Shown here: positions 8,801-17,167 of the stretch, one piece after another
Numbering within the stretch: the first letter of the stretch is position 1
Layout of the letters: each line of letters opens with the position of its first letter
Source of the DNA: a virus
IMG/VR virus record: IMGVR_UViG_3300043425_000872
Coordinates: 1-47,303 of that record
Length of the DNA stretch: 47,303 bases
Reading direction: 5' to 3' (one strand)
Translations under genes and position numbers: made by a program
The notes under the pieces: model-generated
The model's database searches: none
What the model saw: the letters and a program-made list of their open reading frames with translations, nothing else
Told to the model about the DNA's origin: nothing

Positions 8801-10275
8801 TATGCGATCCTCAGTGCGGGAACGATGATGGACGGGATCGCGGGGGCGATGGCGCCCACCGCCGTGGCGTCGGCCGTAACGGCGACGTTGGACACCAGCC
8901 ACATGACCTCGATGTACTGGCCCGCCGTGACCGCCTCGATGATAGACACCGTGAGGACCGTGACGCCCCCGTCAGCCGCCTTGGGTACGGAGACGACGCT
9001 GGCCGAGTTGGCGATATCGACCCCGTTCTTCCTGAACCAGACAGTGGCGGTGTGGTCCGCTGCGTCTGTGTTTTTGAACTGGATCGACGGGTTGAGCATG
9101 TACGTGCCCGCAGCCGTGAAGGTGATCTGGGTGCTGGCGTTGACGGTGATGCCCGTGCCGGTGGTGCCGGTGTTCATCGTGAAGGCCGTGGCGGTTGACG
9201 TGCTGCCCGTCTGGTCCAAGGTGCTGCTGGCGTTGATCTGCGCGCGTCCCGCCAAGTCGAGGAAGGGGACCGTCGGGCTGGCTGTCATGGCCGAGACGCC
9301 GTTGCCCTTAACGTAGCCGGTGAGCGTACCGGCGCCGGTGCCGCCCCCCGCGACGCCCACATAGCCCCACGTGGGTGTGGTCGCCGAAGTGCTGCCGGTC
9401 ATGGAGACTGGCGCGACGGTTTGGCTGATGCTCACTGAGTAAGTGCCCGCGCCACCCGGCGTGCCGGTGAGCTGCCCGGTGATGGTGGTGCCGCCGGAGA
9501 CGCCGGAGCCCGCGAGAGCCATGCCGGATGTGACAAGGCCAGAGGCCACCGCGCTCACAGTCAACGTCGTGCTGGATATGGTCCCCGTGAAAGACGCACT
9601 TGCGCCCGCCAGCAACGCCGCACCAGTGGCGGGGGAGGGCGGCACCACACCGAGGGCCGCTGTCCCCGTTGCGTAGAGCATATTGCCCGCCGAGTAGGAG
9701 GACTGGCCCGTGCCTCCGTTGGTGGCGGGCAAGGCACCCGTGACGGCAGCCGTAAGGTCCACCACGCCCCACGCGGGGGCGGTTGAGTTGATGCCGGTCA
9801 TGACAACCGACGAGGCGCTCTGCGCGATGCTCACCTCATAGGTGCCCGCGCCGCCCGTCGTGCCTGTGAGCTGCTCGACGATGGTCGTTCCGCCGGTGAC
9901 GCCGACACCGCTCAGGACCATGCCGGGGATGAGAACCCCCGAAGAGACAAGCGTGACAACCATCGTCGTGCTGGAAATACTGGCGGTGAAGGTCGCTGAG
10001 GCGGTTGAAAGCAGCACCTTGTTTGCGCCGCCCGCCGCGATGGCAGAGAGCGACGTTGCCGAAGTTGCGTAAACCATGTCACCCGTAACGTAACCGGTCA
10101 AGCCGGTGCCGCCCGCCGTCACAGGCAGCACGTTGGCCGCGTCTGTGGCGTACGAGGCCGCCACGGCGCTCGAGGGCGCCCTGACGCTGACGCCGCCCTG
10201 CACCAGCTCGAGGAACTCGGTGCCCCCCAGCGGGAGGGCGGCGGGCGGCAGGGCGGAGATCTTAACGGTTGCCAT
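8800..10275 (-). CDS. Tail fibre-like protein with Gly/Thr-rich shaft repeats
   Basis: 491 aa; LPVTAGGTG/LPATNGGTG repeats, two copies of a ~65-aa module, C-terminal jelly-roll-like domain. Confidence 0.72.
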   Translation of the reverse strand: MATVKISALPPAALPLGGTEFLELVQGGVSVRAPSSAVAASYATDAANVLPVTAGGTGLTGYVTGDMVYATSATSLSAIAAGGANKVLLSTASATFTASISSTTMVVTLVSSGVLIPGMVLSGVGVTGGTTIVEQLTGTTGGAGTYEVSIAQSASSVVMTGINSTAPAWGVVDLTAAVTGALPATNGGTGQSSYSAGNMLYATGTAALGVVPPSPATGAALLAGASASFTGTISSTTLTVSAVASGLVTSGMALAGSGVSGGTTITGQLTGTPGGAGTYSVSISQTVAPVSMTGSTSATTPTWGYVGVAGGGTGAGTLTGYVKGNGVSAMTASPTVPFLDLAGRAQINASSTLDQTGSTSTATAFTMNTGTTGTGITVNASTQITFTAAGTYMLNPSIQFKNTDAADHTATVWFRKNGVDIANSASVVSVPKAADGGVTVLTVSIIEAVTAGQYIEVMWLVSNVAVTADATAVGAIAPAIPSIIVPALRIA

Positions 10276-10296
10276 TGGGGGTATCCTTCAATCGAA

Positions 10297-10361
10297 CAGC
10301 GCTGGCGGCGGGAGAGGAGCACCGCCAGCGCTGCCACATCCCGAGGGGAGCACGCCCCGGG
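10297..10361 (-). other. Twin intergenic RNA hairpins sharing GUGCUCC
   Basis: 12-bp perfect stem 10297-10308/10322-10333 and 7-bp stem 10340-10346/10355-10361. Confidence 0.6.
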
Positions 10362-10364
10362 TGT

Positions 10365-10592
10365 TCACGGGACAAGGGGCGTGTCCGGCCGGGGGTACTG
10401 AAGCGCGATAACTTCAGGCTGCCGGGCGGGCAAGCGGTAGGGGTCGTACTCGTCGAGGTCGTCTTTGCACACGCGCAGGCCCGGATAGTTCGGGTCGGGC
10501 TGGAGGTCGTCGAGGCTCATCTTGCGGCTGCAGCGCCCGCAGATGCCGATGCCCAGAGTGCTCTTGCCCTGCGTGTCGAGGAAGACCGGCAT
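10365..10592 (-). CDS. Small hypothetical protein with CxxC
   Basis: 75 aa, GICGRCSRK...LRVC; tightly packed in late operon. Confidence 0.75.
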   Translation of the reverse strand: MPVFLDTQGKSTLGIGICGRCSRKMSLDDLQPDPNYPGLRVCKDDLDEYDPYRLPARQPEVIALQYPRPDTPLVP

Positions 10593-10596
10593 GGCG

Positions 10597-11583
10597 TTAC
10601 CTCGTGTACATCGAGATGTTGGGGGCGATCATGATGGGCGAGTTGTCGCGCTCCTCGGCCTGCGCCACGGCCAGCGCCTGCGCCGCCTTGGCGTCCAGCA
10701 TCGGAATGATCTGCGGATCGACGCCCATCATCTCCATGGCCATCTTGGCGGCCAGCATGGCCACGAGGGCCTCGTACCAGCGCTGCGGCACCTCGACCTG
10801 CTGCGACATGGTGCCCACGTCCATGATGTACCGCTGCACCCACGTCACGACCTGCGACGTGGTCGCCTGCGCGTTCGGCACGGGCCACAGGTTCAGTACG
10901 GGCGACTGGGCCTGCCGGTCGAGCCAGAACTGGAGAGGCCGGTTGGACTGGAACGTCTTGTTCGGCAGGTTGGTGTAGTCGTCGCGGTTCATGCGCGCCA
11001 TCGGGATCTCGGTCGGCATGTTGCCGAGGTAGATCTGGCTGAAGCCCAGCGTGCCCGAAATGGCCACGACACGGAAGTACTGGGTGGCGACGCTGCTGTT
11101 CAGGTCGAACCACGTCCACTCGCCCGCGACTGCCGTCTGGTCTTCGTTCTGGATGATGGCCCAGTTCACGCCGTCGGTGCTGCGCTGCAGGGACACGGGG
11201 ACCGACGCGGCGGACCAGAGGATGCCCACGGTGCTCACCGCCGTGGCGCTGCTGAAGGCCACCGTGCGCGTGGTCGAGGTGTCTGTGTTGGTGCCCGTGA
11301 GCCCCTGCAGCGTGCGCAGATTGGTGTTGAGCAGATCGACCGTGCCGGTGTAGGTCGTGATCGTCGGCGTGCCCTCGTACAGGGGGTAGATGCACTTCTG
11401 GATGCACCACAGCGGCACGCCCTGATTGGCCAGATCCGAGAGCAGCAGGTACAGCATGTCGTTGGCGATGCTGATCGCCTCCGACGTGATCTGCTCCGCC
11501 GGTATGCGGCAGCGGCGCACGGCGTTGTCGATAACGCGCTGCGTCGTGAAGACCGTCTGGGATACCGTGTTGGAGTAGGCCAT
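10597..11583 (-). CDS. Tail tubular/adaptor-like structural protein
   Basis: 328 aa; VIDNAVRRC..AN..LYLLLSDLANQGVPLW N-terminus and EVPQRWYEALVAMLA C-terminus. Confidence 0.65.
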   Translation of the reverse strand: MAYSNTVSQTVFTTQRVIDNAVRRCRIPAEQITSEAISIANDMLYLLLSDLANQGVPLWCIQKCIYPLYEGTPTITTYTGTVDLLNTNLRTLQGLTGTNTDTSTTRTVAFSSATAVSTVGILWSAASVPVSLQRSTDGVNWAIIQNEDQTAVAGEWTWFDLNSSVATQYFRVVAISGTLGFSQIYLGNMPTEIPMARMNRDDYTNLPNKTFQSNRPLQFWLDRQAQSPVLNLWPVPNAQATTSQVVTWVQRYIMDVGTMSQQVEVPQRWYEALVAMLAAKMAMEMMGVDPQIIPMLDAKAAQALAVAQAEERDNSPIMIAPNISMYTR

Positions 11584-11634
11584 AGATTGCGCTCGCTTGT
11601 TCAGGGCAGCAGCTTACCACTCCGGGCGAGCATC

Positions 11635-11675
11635 TCTGGCGCGCCAGACATACCAAACATCGCCGGGGGTGTAAA
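11635..11675 (-). promoter_or_regulatory. Putative sigma70-like promoter with overlapping 14-bp palindrome
   Basis: Minus strand TTTACA-N17-TATGTC; perfect palindrome TCTGGCGCGCCAGA at 11635-11648. Confidence 0.45.
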
Positions 11676-11677
11676 TG

Positions 11678-13054
11678 TCACTCAAACGGCATGGGCTGAC
11701 GGGCCCCCGAGGAGAGGGGCATGCTGGTGCGGTTCGAGGGTGGCTGGGCGGGCATTGCCGCGCGGGGAGCGAAGGCTGCGGGCATCGCCCCCCGCGCAGC
11801 GTCCGGGGCCGCCGGGAACGGGTCGCGCGGGCCGGGGACAACACTTCCCCCACCCGGGCGAACATCGTTCGGGTGGAAGGGGTAGAGGTAGACGAACGTC
11901 CCGTAGAAGGTGTTGCTGTTGACGAACAGCGCGGGCGCGACAGTGTTCCGATAGGTTGCTGCGGCCGGGTAGAAAACGTTCGTGTTGACGAACAGCGCAG
12001 GCTTGATCGTGTACCGGATTGCGGGCGCGTAGAAGGTGTTCGTGTTGACGAACAGCGCAGGCTTTATCGTGTACCGGACTGCGGGCGCGTAGAAGGTGTT
12101 GCTGTTGACGAACAGCGCAGGCTTGATCGTATACCGGATTGTGGGCGCGTAGAAGGTGTTCGTGTTGACGAACAGCGCAGGCGCAAGCGTGTACCGGATT
12201 GTGGGCGCGTAGAAGGTGTTGCTGTTGACGAACAGCGCGGGGTTGATCGTGTACCGGACTGCGGGCGCATAGAAGGTGTTGCTGTTGACGAACAGCGCGG
12301 GTGAGATAGACCCGCCCGGAAGGACGGTGGCCCCATAGAAGGTGTTGCTGTTGACGAACAGCGCCGGGACCAGCGTGATCGACCCTATGGCGACGGTGGG
12401 GCTGTAGAAGGTGTTGCTGTTGGTGAACAGCGCAGGCGCAAGCGTGTAGCTGGCACTGGCCGTCTGGGTGTAGAAGGTGTTGCTGTTGGTGAACAGCGCA
12501 GGCGCCAGCGTGTTCCGGTAGGTGACCGTCTGGGTGTAGAACGCGTTGCTGTTGGTGAAGAGCGCCGGGGCCAGCGTGTTCCGGTAGGTGACCGTCTGGG
12601 TGTAGAACGCGTTGCTGTTGGTGAAGAGCGCAGGCGCGAGAGTGATCGTCCCGCGCAGCACGGTGGGCGCGTAGAAGGTGTTGCTGTTGACGAACAGCGC
12701 GGGCGCAAGCGTAATCGTCCCGCGCAGCACGGTGGGCGCGTAGAAGGTGTTGCTGTTGGTGAAGAGCGCAGGCACGAGCGTGATCGTGCCGCGCAGCACG
12801 GTCGGCCCGTAGAAGGTGTTGCTGTTGACGAACAGCGCCGGGGTCAGCGTGTTCCGGTAGGTGACCGTCGGGCTGTAGAAGGCATTGCTGTTGACGAACA
12901 GCGCCGGGGTCAGCGTGATCGTGCCGCGCGATACCGTCGGCCCGTAGAAGGTGTTGCTGTTGACGAACAGCGCAGGCGTGAGCGTGACCGAAGTCGGACC
13001 CGCCGAGGGGACGGCGGCGAAGGGGGTGCTCGCGAAGGAAGAAAAACCAAACAC
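11678..13054 (-). CDS. Tandem-repeat virion protein (17 PALFxNxNxFY repeats)
   Basis: 458 aa, GTG start MFGFSSFASTPFA, AAGGGAG RBS. Confidence 0.85.
   Translation of the reverse strand: MFGFSSFASTPFAAVPSAGPTSVTLTPALFVNSNTFYGPTVSRGTITLTPALFVNSNAFYSPTVTYRNTLTPALFVNSNTFYGPTVLRGTITLVPALFTNSNTFYAPTVLRGTITLAPALFVNSNTFYAPTVLRGTITLAPALFTNSNAFYTQTVTYRNTLAPALFTNSNAFYTQTVTYRNTLAPALFTNSNTFYTQTASASYTLAPALFTNSNTFYSPTVAIGSITLVPALFVNSNTFYGATVLPGGSISPALFVNSNTFYAPAVRYTINPALFVNSNTFYAPTIRYTLAPALFVNTNTFYAPTIRYTIKPALFVNSNTFYAPAVRYTIKPALFVNTNTFYAPAIRYTIKPALFVNTNVFYPAAATYRNTVAPALFVNSNTFYGTFVYLYPFHPNDVRPGGGSVVPGPRDPFPAAPDAARGAMPAAFAPRAAMPAQPPSNRTSMPLSSGARQPMPFE
11901..12979 (-). repeat. Coding tandem repeat, 17 units of 60/66/69 nt
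   Basis: Core GTAGAAGG(T/C)GTT(G/C)(C/G)TGTT(G)(A/G)(C/T)GAA(C/G)AGCGC recurs with spacing always a multiple of 3. Confidence 0.92.
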
Positions 13055-13120
13055 TTAGGCCGTCTCCCTTCGGTCTGGGCCGCTCTTTCCACCCCTCACA
13101 GGGCGCTCACTAGGGTGCCA

Positions 13121-15115
13121 CTACATCACCTTAGTGGGGCGCATAAACGATCCTGCCTGCGGCGTCACGGTCCCCGCGCTGGATGTGACGCGGAGCTGCA
13201 TCGTGGTGGCGAGGTTGGTCCGCACCAACACCTTGAAACGGTAGACGTGGTACACGGCAGTGGTCAGCGACCCGGTCGCGGCGTGGGCCAGCGTCGCCGC
13301 CGTACGCGCCGCCGCCTGTGCGTTGATCGGCGCGCCGGTGGTCGAGGTAATGAACCCGACGAGCGGTGACGAGCTGTAGAAGCTGGATATCAGGTCGGGC
13401 GCGGAACTGAACGTCCACGTCCATGTGGCGGTTCCTGCCGTGGTTTTCAGGAAGTACGCGACACACTCGACGTCGTAGATGCTGGACGCGTCCAGCGAGA
13501 TCGTGGATGTGAAGTAGTCCGCGATGGCCGGTCCGAGGGCAGCGCCTGCAGCCGTGTATTCAACACCCGTCCACCCGAGGGAGGAGAACGTGCCCATGCC
13601 GGTGACGGTGACGCCGGTGCTTTCCACCCGCATGACTTCCGCCGGGGCGGCCGCGTCGGTGCCGACGTAGAAGGCCAGCCGCCCCGGCACGTTGGTCGCC
13701 CCGGGGGTGCCGTTGACCTGCCCCTTGATGTACGCCGCACGGTTGAAGCCGGACCCGTTGGACCCGTAGAAGCTGACGAAGCCCAGATCGTCGCCGGCCA
13801 CCACCGCCGTTTGCGTACCGGCGGTGGCTCCCCGAGACTTGCCGAACGAGTATTGCGGGGCTGTGGTCGCGGAGGCACCGGCCCACGTAATCGCATTGAT
13901 GGAGGACGCGCCGCCCGCGAGCGAACTGATCTGCACCTTGGGCGCGTTGCCCATCGTGTAGGCGGTGAGGTCTCCGAAGAACGCGTTGCCATCTTTGTCG
14001 ATGGCGAACGGGGTGGCGTCCGGGTTGGTTTCGTCTTCGACCAGAATAGCCTTGCCGAGGCCGACCTGCGTGATCCGAAGCGCGTCGGTGGACGTGTTGA
14101 CGCTGATTACCGCGCTGGTCGAGGCTGTCAGGGTCGTGAATGCCCCCGCGCCGCCGTTCACCGTGAACGAGCCCGCGCTGCCGACGGCAACGCCCAGCGC
14201 CGTCAGGACGCCCGTGCCCGTCGTAATGGTCGAGGGGGCCGTGCCAGCGCCGCCGCCCACCATGATGGCGTTCGCGGCCAGCAGGGCCGAGCTGGACAGC
14301 GCCCCCACGGCGGAGAAGTAGGGCACGCCCCCCGACGTGCCCGCCGTCAGACCCGTCCCCCCGTTCGCCACGGTGAGCGCCGTCGCGAGGGTCATGCCGG
14401 AACTGTCGATCCGCATCCGCTCAATGGGGCTGGCGGCGTTGGTGCCCGTGAAGAAGACCAAGCGGCCCGGCACATTGGTCGCGCCGGGCGTGCCGTTCAC
14501 GTTGGCTTGGATGTACGCCGCGCGGTTGAAGCCGATGCCGTTGGAGCCGTAGAAGCTGACGGTGCCCAGATCGTCATCCGCCACCACAGCCGCGTGCGTG
14601 CCGCTGGCGGCGCCGCGCGACTTGCCGAACGAGTACTGCGGCGCGGCGGTGCTGGCGGCCCACGTGATGCTGTTGATGGAGGACGCGCCGCCCGACGTCG
14701 AGCTGACCTGCATCTTGGGCGTGTTGCCCATCGTGTACGCCGCAGCGTCCCCGAGGAACGTGGCGCCGGTGACCGTGAAGTCGGCCGGGAGCGTGACGTT
14801 GTTGCTGGCGTCCTCGTTGACGGACTTGCCCGCCGGGTACGTCACGAAGACGTTCGACGTGCCCGTCAGGCTGATCGCTGCGCCCGCCGCGCTGGAGGAC
14901 AGGATCGTCGTGCGCGCGAGCGTGGGGCCCGTCGTGGAGTACGTGCCGAGGCCGACTTCCCACGCGGATCCGCTGGTGATGGCGTAGTAGGTCGTGTTCC
15001 CGTTGCCGATGACGGCGAAGGACTGGAAGCCACTCACGGCACCGGCAAGCGTGATCGTGCCGGTGCCCGTGGTGGTGGTCGTCTCTTGTACGCGGTCGGC
15101 AACAACCAAAGCCAT
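13121..15115 (-). CDS. Tail fibre protein with an internally duplicated domain
   Basis: 664 aa; MALVVADRVQETTTTTGTG N-terminus typical of phage fibres; two ~120-aa copies of AYTMGN..KSRG..GRL. Confidence 0.8.
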   Translation of the reverse strand: MALVVADRVQETTTTTGTGTITLAGAVSGFQSFAVIGNGNTTYYAITSGSAWEVGLGTYSTTGPTLARTTILSSSAAGAAISLTGTSNVFVTYPAGKSVNEDASNNVTLPADFTVTGATFLGDAAAYTMGNTPKMQVSSTSGGASSINSITWAASTAAPQYSFGKSRGAASGTHAAVVADDDLGTVSFYGSNGIGFNRAAYIQANVNGTPGATNVPGRLVFFTGTNAASPIERMRIDSSGMTLATALTVANGGTGLTAGTSGGVPYFSAVGALSSSALLAANAIMVGGGAGTAPSTITTGTGVLTALGVAVGSAGSFTVNGGAGAFTTLTASTSAVISVNTSTDALRITQVGLGKAILVEDETNPDATPFAIDKDGNAFFGDLTAYTMGNAPKVQISSLAGGASSINAITWAGASATTAPQYSFGKSRGATAGTQTAVVAGDDLGFVSFYGSNGSGFNRAAYIKGQVNGTPGATNVPGRLAFYVGTDAAAPAEVMRVESTGVTVTGMGTFSSLGWTGVEYTAAGAALGPAIADYFTSTISLDASSIYDVECVAYFLKTTAGTATWTWTFSSAPDLISSFYSSSPLVGFITSTTGAPINAQAAARTAATLAHAATGSLTTAVYHVYRFKVLVRTNLATTMQLRVTSSAGTVTPQAGSFMRPTKVM

Positions 15116-15139
15116 GCGTCAATCTCCGCCCGGCTGGGC

Positions 15140-15544
15140 TTACAGCGTGAAGATGCCCGAGGCGTTCCACGTGATCGTGATGTCGCCGCCGTTGGGCGTG
15201 ACCGGCAGGCCCGTCACGGACGTGTCGATGTACGCAACCAGCGGAGAGGTGCCCGCCGTGCCGGTGTCGATCCAGATGATCAGCGCCTCCACGGAGGCAC
15301 CCGTCACCGCCGTGAACGTCACGTCCGCGCCGTCAAAGGTGCCGTTGGTGAACGTCTTGGTGCCGATGGTCTGCGGCGTGCCAATCGACGCGGCGGAGGC
15401 CGACGTCCAGAACTGGTGCGCCGCGCTGTAGGTGTACGTGCCCGTGTCGATCAGGGCCACCTTCACGGTGCCAGCCGACAGGTTGTTGTTCGCCGTGAAC
15501 TGGAGCAGTTGCTGCTTCCACAGCGGGTAGAGTGCGTTTGCCAT
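15140..15544 (-). CDS. Minor virion structural protein
   Basis: 134 aa beta-rich, FDGADVTF..LPVTPNGGDITITW pattern. Confidence 0.75.
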   Translation of the reverse strand: MANALYPLWKQQLLQFTANNNLSAGTVKVALIDTGTYTYSAAHQFWTSASAASIGTPQTIGTKTFTNGTFDGADVTFTAVTGASVEALIIWIDTGTAGTSPLVAYIDTSVTGLPVTPNGGDITITWNASGIFTL

Positions 15545-15558
15545 GTTTCAGTCTCCTA

Positions 15559-15972
15559 TCAGCACTTCGTGCCCTTGGGCATGACGGCGAGGCCGCCACG
15601 CTTGCGGCTGATCATCGGCTCACCCCGGTGCGCCGGGACGCCGCGACGCATGAGGCGGCTCTCGCCTGCCTCCTCGGCCGACATGCGGTTGCCGCGAGCA
15701 ATGGTCTCGGCCATGGCGCGCTCCTCGGCTGTCATGGCCGTCTTACGGGGCGGAGCGCGGCGCACGAGGCGGCTCTCGCCTGCCTCCTCGGCCTGCATGC
15801 GGTTGCCGCGCGCCACGGCGCCGCCTTGCGCCTTCTTCATCGGCGCGCCGCCCTTCTTGAACTCGCCCATGACCTTGGCGACCTTGGCCGCGCCCTTCAC
15901 GGACCCACCCTTGGCGTGAGCCGCGCCGCCCATGGCGTACTGGGTCTTCGTGCTGTTCTTGAAGTCGTCCAT
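15559..15972 (-). CDS. Basic low-complexity protein with repeated xxGG motifs
   Basis: 137 aa, K/R/A/M-rich, duplicated ARGNRMxAEEAGESRLxRR. Confidence 0.75.
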   Translation of the reverse strand: MDDFKNSTKTQYAMGGAAHAKGGSVKGAAKVAKVMGEFKKGGAPMKKAQGGAVARGNRMQAEEAGESRLVRRAPPRKTAMTAEERAMAETIARGNRMSAEEAGESRLMRRGVPAHRGEPMISRKRGGLAVMPKGTKC

Positions 15973-15973
15973 G

Positions 15974-16135
15974 TCACTTGCCCTTTTTTGCCGCGAAGGC
16001 GTTATCGACGAGATTGGGGTACGGTCGGCCCGCCGCCTTGGCGCGGCGCTTGGCGCTGGCCTTGCGCTTGACCGACAGGCTCTTGGGCTTGTGATCCTCG
16101 GGGGCCGGTTTGTCCCAGAATGGCTTGTCGCTCAT
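15974..16135 (-). CDS. Small basic protein, 53 aa
   Basis: Hand translation MSDKPFWDKPAPEDHKPKSLSVKRKASAKRRAKAAGRPYPNLVDNAFAAKKGK; fills the gap exactly. Confidence 0.75.
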   Translation of the reverse strand: MSDKPFWDKPAPEDHKPKSLSVKRKASAKRRAKAAGRPYPNLVDNAFAAKKGK

Positions 16136-16136
16136 G

Positions 16137-16691
16137 TCAGCAGTCCCACTTGCGGAGGGCCAAGGCCTTGCGCGTCGGGCGGCCCTTGTCGTCCTTCATC
16201 GGCCCCTCCATGCCGCCCATCCGGGCGCAGAAGCTGCTGCGGCGCGCGGCGGCCTTGGGGGACTTCTTGGCCTGCTTCGCGCTGACCGGCGGCTTGATGT
16301 CGTGGCCCTGTGCCTTGAGGCTTGCCCGCCCCGCCGCGTTCAGGCCGCCCTCGGGGTTCTGGCCCTCCTTGCGCGTCCACACGGCGCCGCCCTTCTTGAA
16401 GGGCTTCGGGATCTGCGTGCCCGGGCTGGGGGGAGCAACGCCGTACCGCGCGCCGAGCTGGCCCAGCCCGGGCTGCTGCATCGGCTGCTGCATCGGCTGC
16501 TGCATCGGCTGCTGCATCGGCTGCTGCATCTGCGGCCCGGGTTGCCCTGCAGGGAGCGCGCCAGTGGGCGGGGTCGGTCGGGCCAGAGGCTGGGGCATGA
16601 CAGGCGCGCTGGGCTGGCGCATGCGCTGGCTGCGCAGGCCGAGCCCGTCGTCGATCTGTGCCCTCGCGTCGGAGAACGGATCGTACGTCAT
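16137..16691 (-). CDS. DUF6321-like basic protein with Q/P-rich N-terminal extension
   Basis: WTRKEGQNPEGGLNAAGRAS...RRSSFCARM...ALRKWDC domain. Confidence 0.75.
   Translation of the reverse strand: MTYDPFSDARAQIDDGLGLRSQRMRQPSAPVMPQPLARPTPPTGALPAGQPGPQMQQPMQQPMQQPMQQPMQQPGLGQLGARYGVAPPSPGTQIPKPFKKGGAVWTRKEGQNPEGGLNAAGRASLKAQGHDIKPPVSAKQAKKSPKAAARRSSFCARMGGMEGPMKDDKGRPTRKALALRKWDC
16470..16529 (-). repeat. 12-bp tandem repeat x5 (MQQP)
   Basis: (c/g)ggctgctgcat repeated five times. Confidence 0.95.
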
Positions 16692-17095
16692 GCCGCGTAT
16701 GTTTTGACCATCTCAAGGATGATCGTGTAGGCATCGCCCAGCGTCTGGTCCACCGTCGAGAACAGCACGTTGCCGGTCTTGCCCGCGCCAGCGTTGTTCC
16801 ACAGGCCGCCAAAACTCTCGTAGTCCGCTACGTAGTTGGTGTTCTGCGGGACGAGGGCGATCAACACGTCAGCGGTGGCGCCCCAGTACATGGCCACTTC
16901 CATGCCGTGCGTCATCGCGTAGATCTTCGTGATCGTGACCGCCGTGCAGGCCTTACCGGCGTTGCTGGGGGCCAAGCTTGCCGGGAGCACCTTGGCGATC
17001 TTCACTTCGCCCGTGCCATCGGACAGGTTGGTGAACTTCATGATGACCTTGCGGTCGCCCTCAAACAGGATCTGGCTTGCAACTGCGTCCGCCAT
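16688..17095 (-). CDS. Virion structural protein, 135 aa
   Basis: Beta-rich ORF in late operon with AAGGAG RBS. Confidence 0.75.
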   Translation of the reverse strand: MADAVASQILFEGDRKVIMKFTNLSDGTGEVKIAKVLPASLAPSNAGKACTAVTITKIYAMTHGMEVAMYWGATADVLIALVPQNTNYVADYESFGGLWNNAGAGKTGNVLFSTVDQTLGDAYTIILEMVKTYAA

Positions 17096-17114
17096 GGGGC
17101 GCTCCTTCTGTGAA

Positions 17115-17144
17115 ATAGGGGCCGGGTGTTACGCCGACCCCTAT
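17115..17144 (-). terminator. Possible weak intrinsic terminator/hairpin
   Basis: 11-bp stem ATAGGGGTCGG/CCGGCCCCTAT on minus, short T run after. Confidence 0.45.
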
Positions 17145-17167
17145 ACCACCGCTTCAGCGGATAGTCA

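Noticed and set aside
11901-12979. CRISPR-like array (about 30-bp repeats with 30-39-nt spacers)
   Set aside because: Unit lengths are multiples of 3, variation is mostly synonymous, spacers resemble each other and the whole lies in one open frame; no cas1/cas2
2763-15115. Diversity-generating retroelement acting on fibre genes
   Set aside because: No reverse transcriptase and no template/variable repeat pair differing only at adenines seen in the window
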